This document shows positions 30,257 to 32,000 of a stretch of 32,000 nt of DNA, one piece after another. The notes beneath the pieces were generated by a model. The model was given only the letters and a program-made list of their open reading frames with translations, searched no databases and was not told where the DNA came from. Every line of letters begins with the position of its first letter. The first letter of the stretch is position 1. Source of the stretch: Candidatus Electrothrix sp. GW3-4 (lineage in GTDB: Bacteria; Desulfobacterota; Desulfobulbia; Desulfobulbales; Desulfobulbaceae); NCBI RefSeq assembly GCF_037902255.1, contig NZ_CP147990.1:2490001-2522000 (forward strand), written 5' to 3'. Position numbers and translations under genes: made by a program.

Positions 30257-30556
30257 ATGAAAAAACAAACAGTAATTTTCGCGCTGGCCCTGCTGAGCCT
30301 CTGCTCGGTTCATGCTTTTGCTGCTGATAATGCACAGCGCAGAGAGGGGCGGCATCGCCAGCCACCACAGGAGGCGTACACGGTCTGTGAAGGAAAGGAG
30401 AGCGGAGACCAGGCTGAGTTCACTGGGCGTCGGGGAGAGGCTGTTACAGGGATCTGTGTCCAAGAAAAAGACGGTGATCGTCTGTTCCTCCGCCCAGATC
30501 ATCCACCTGAAGGGCCTCAAAAACGCCAGGGAGGAGGAGAAGGCCCAAGAGACTAA
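30257..30556 (+). CDS. Small secreted hypothetical protein
   Basis: AAGGAG RBS and ATG 30257. MKKQTVIFALALLSLCSVHAFA is a clear signal peptide, and the mature part is charged and low-complexity. The ORF-track start at 29999 was rejected. Confidence 0.5.
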   Translation: MKKQTVIFALALLSLCSVHAFAADNAQRREGRHRQPPQEAYTVCEGKESGDQAEFTGRRGEAVTGICVQEKDGDRLFLRPDHPPEGPQKRQGGGEGPRD

Positions 30557-30574
30557 CGACAGCTACAGACTGTT

Positions 30575-30602
30575 CCTCCTGAAGGATTTTCGCGTCAGGA
30601 GG
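30575..30602 (+). terminator. Hairpin between convergent genes (possible terminator)
   Basis: CCTCCTGA, 12-nt loop, TCAGGAGG. No U-tract follows. Confidence 0.25.
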
Positions 30603-30706
30603 GACAGCCTTACTCCACATGAGCTCTAACACAGACCTTCTCATGCTGAGGCCCTGGCAGCGGCCGGAAAGAAAGCATATTTGATGCTCAATATCTCATT
30701 TATTCT

Positions 30707-32000
30707 TTAGTTACGTACCTTAACGTCGAACTCGAACACAGCATTTTCAGGATGTTCCCCCCATTTTTTCACCACCTTGAGATATTTTCCACTCAGGAAG
30801 AATTCCGGACTATGTTCGTCCCAGACGCCGGGACCGTCATCTCCCACAGTCCAACCAAGATCTGTTGTACCTATCTGGGTAATCTCCGTCCATGGTCCGT
30901 TAAGATCATCAGCCACATAGGCTTGATAGAGAATGACATAGGAACCGGTGAAAAACCTCATTCCGTACACCGGGCTGGGATTACCATTTTCATCGGCAAT
31001 GTCAAATGTCGCATAGAATCCACCTCTCTGAAGAATACCGGTTACTGCATTACCGGTTGTCAGATCGTCATCGATTAACACTTCTGGGTTAACCATATCT
31101 GAATCTGCGATGGCCGTGGGGGTCTGCCAGACTAGCTCACCGGGAAGACCTTCAGCTTCCTTAGCACCAACATCCGGGCCGTTTCCATTGAATTCATCAT
31201 TCACACCGAGAATCGGCTCTGCAGCATCGATGCATATAGAGTAAGGATCCAGAGAGTAATCGTCAGCAAGATAAGGGTTACTGAAGATGATATTATCACC
31301 TATAATCCCAGTGCCTTTTGGTATTAGGTGATAAAGGTTGGTCGAGGCAGTTACTACAGCCCCTGCTTCTTGCCCTATCCCCCCTGGAAGGCGATAGAAG
31401 ATATTGTTTCTCACATCCGCGCTGCTGGTTGCATCGAGATAAATCCCATCACCTGGGCCTAAATTTAATGGTCCCGCTCCGCCACTGTTGGCGTTACCAA
31501 CGATCGTATTGTGAAAAACATTGGCGCTTGATCCGGTTAACAATTGTATTTGATAGAGATTTCCACCAGGTTCATGTAAGACATTTCGGCTGATGTCAAG
31601 CTGGCTATTGTAGAAAGCAACCTGACCGCCACCAGCATAACCGTTATTGTAAATATCGTTCTTTTCAATACTGCCGTAGCAACCACCGGTTAATATTCCA
31701 TAACGAGGGTGGTTGGAAATGGTGAGTTGACTTAGATTGATCTCGCAGTTTTCGAGGTATATACCTGGGGTAAGATCTGTACCGTTGCTATCAAAAATAG
31801 CTCCTGAAACATCAAGTGTGGAATCGGAGGCTTCCAGCCCTGGTCTTGCGGCTCCTGAAACCATACCTCCATGCATGGTGAATTGAGTATCGTATCCATT
31901 TCCAGCTATTACTATGTTCGGGGCGCCAACCGTAACCTCGAATGTGGAGTCTTTGACATCCACAATCGCACCACTCTGCACGATGAGGTTGGGGGCTACC
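30707..32000 (-). CDS. Right-handed beta-helix repeat protein with a C-terminal discoidin/galactose-binding-like domain; N-terminus outside the window
   Basis: Repeated G-x-G-I/V-Y/F and N-N-I/T-I/V turns are typical of parallel beta-helix (pectate-lyase-like) repeats. The C-terminal ~130 aa form a beta-sandwich-like region. The frame stays open to the window edge. Confidence 0.65.
   Translation of the reverse strand, partial: VAPNLIVQSGAIVDVKDSTFEVTVGAPNIVIAGNGYDTQFTMHGGMVSGAARPGLEASDSTLDVSGAIFDSNGTDLTPGIYLENCEINLSQLTISNHPRYGILTGGCYGSIEKNDIYNNGYAGGGQVAFYNSQLDISRNVLHEPGGNLYQIQLLTGSSANVFHNTIVGNANSGGAGPLNLGPGDGIYLDATSSADVRNNIFYRLPGGIGQEAGAVVTASTNLYHLIPKGTGIIGDNIIFSNPYLADDYSLDPYSICIDAAEPILGVNDEFNGNGPDVGAKEAEGLPGELVWQTPTAIADSDMVNPEVLIDDDLTTGNAVTGILQRGGFYATFDIADENGNPSPVYGMRFFTGSYVILYQAYVADDLNGPWTEITQIGTTDLGWTVGDDGPGVWDEHSPEFFLSGKYLKVVKKWGEHPENAVFEFDVKVRN

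Overview
The window is mostly minus-strand genes. The gene content fits an anaerobic deltaproteobacterium of the Desulfobulbales type, but that is a guess I could not check.

The flanks are ordinary chromosome.
- Left flank: a TRAP solute-binding protein, transketolase, tRNA-dihydrouridine synthase, SelD, a globin-coupled diguanylate cyclase and a thioredoxin-fold membrane protein. SelD is itself a selenoprotein: it has an in-frame UGA followed by a SECIS-like hairpin, and the ORF track missed its true N-terminus.
- Right flank: CbiD, a macro-domain protein, a PAS-GGDEF-EAL membrane sensor, SelB, two c-type-cytochrome-like proteins, an MBL-fold hydrolase, Mrp/ApbC, fatty-acid cis/trans isomerase, and a beta-helix protein that runs off the window.

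The centre, about 8284-17431, is an accessory island bracketed by direct copies of a structured ~105-nt repeat. It holds two linked parts.
- A complete diversity-generating retroelement (DGR): a DGR-type reverse transcriptase, an HRDC-domain accessory gene, one 124-bp template region (TR) and two 124-bp variable regions (VRs). The VRs lie in two paralogous FGE-sulfatase (C-type-lectin-fold) modules. Every one of the 15 and 14 TR/VR mismatches falls on a TR adenine.
- A tightly overlapping operon running directly into the VR2 module: trypco2-like protein, trypsin-like protease with an unknown C-terminal domain, MoxR-like AAA+ ATPase, and a 677-aa unknown protein.

I read this as an NTPase-gated, protease-armed conflict (defence) system with a DGR-hypervariable sensor. 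That class has been predicted computationally but has not, to my knowledge, been characterised experimentally.

Odd details in the island:
- Both FGS modules are out of frame with their upstream parts.
- The VRs are not at the C-terminus.
- Hairpin repeats sit exactly at module junctions.

All coordinates were indexed by hand and may be off by a few nt. No database search was possible.
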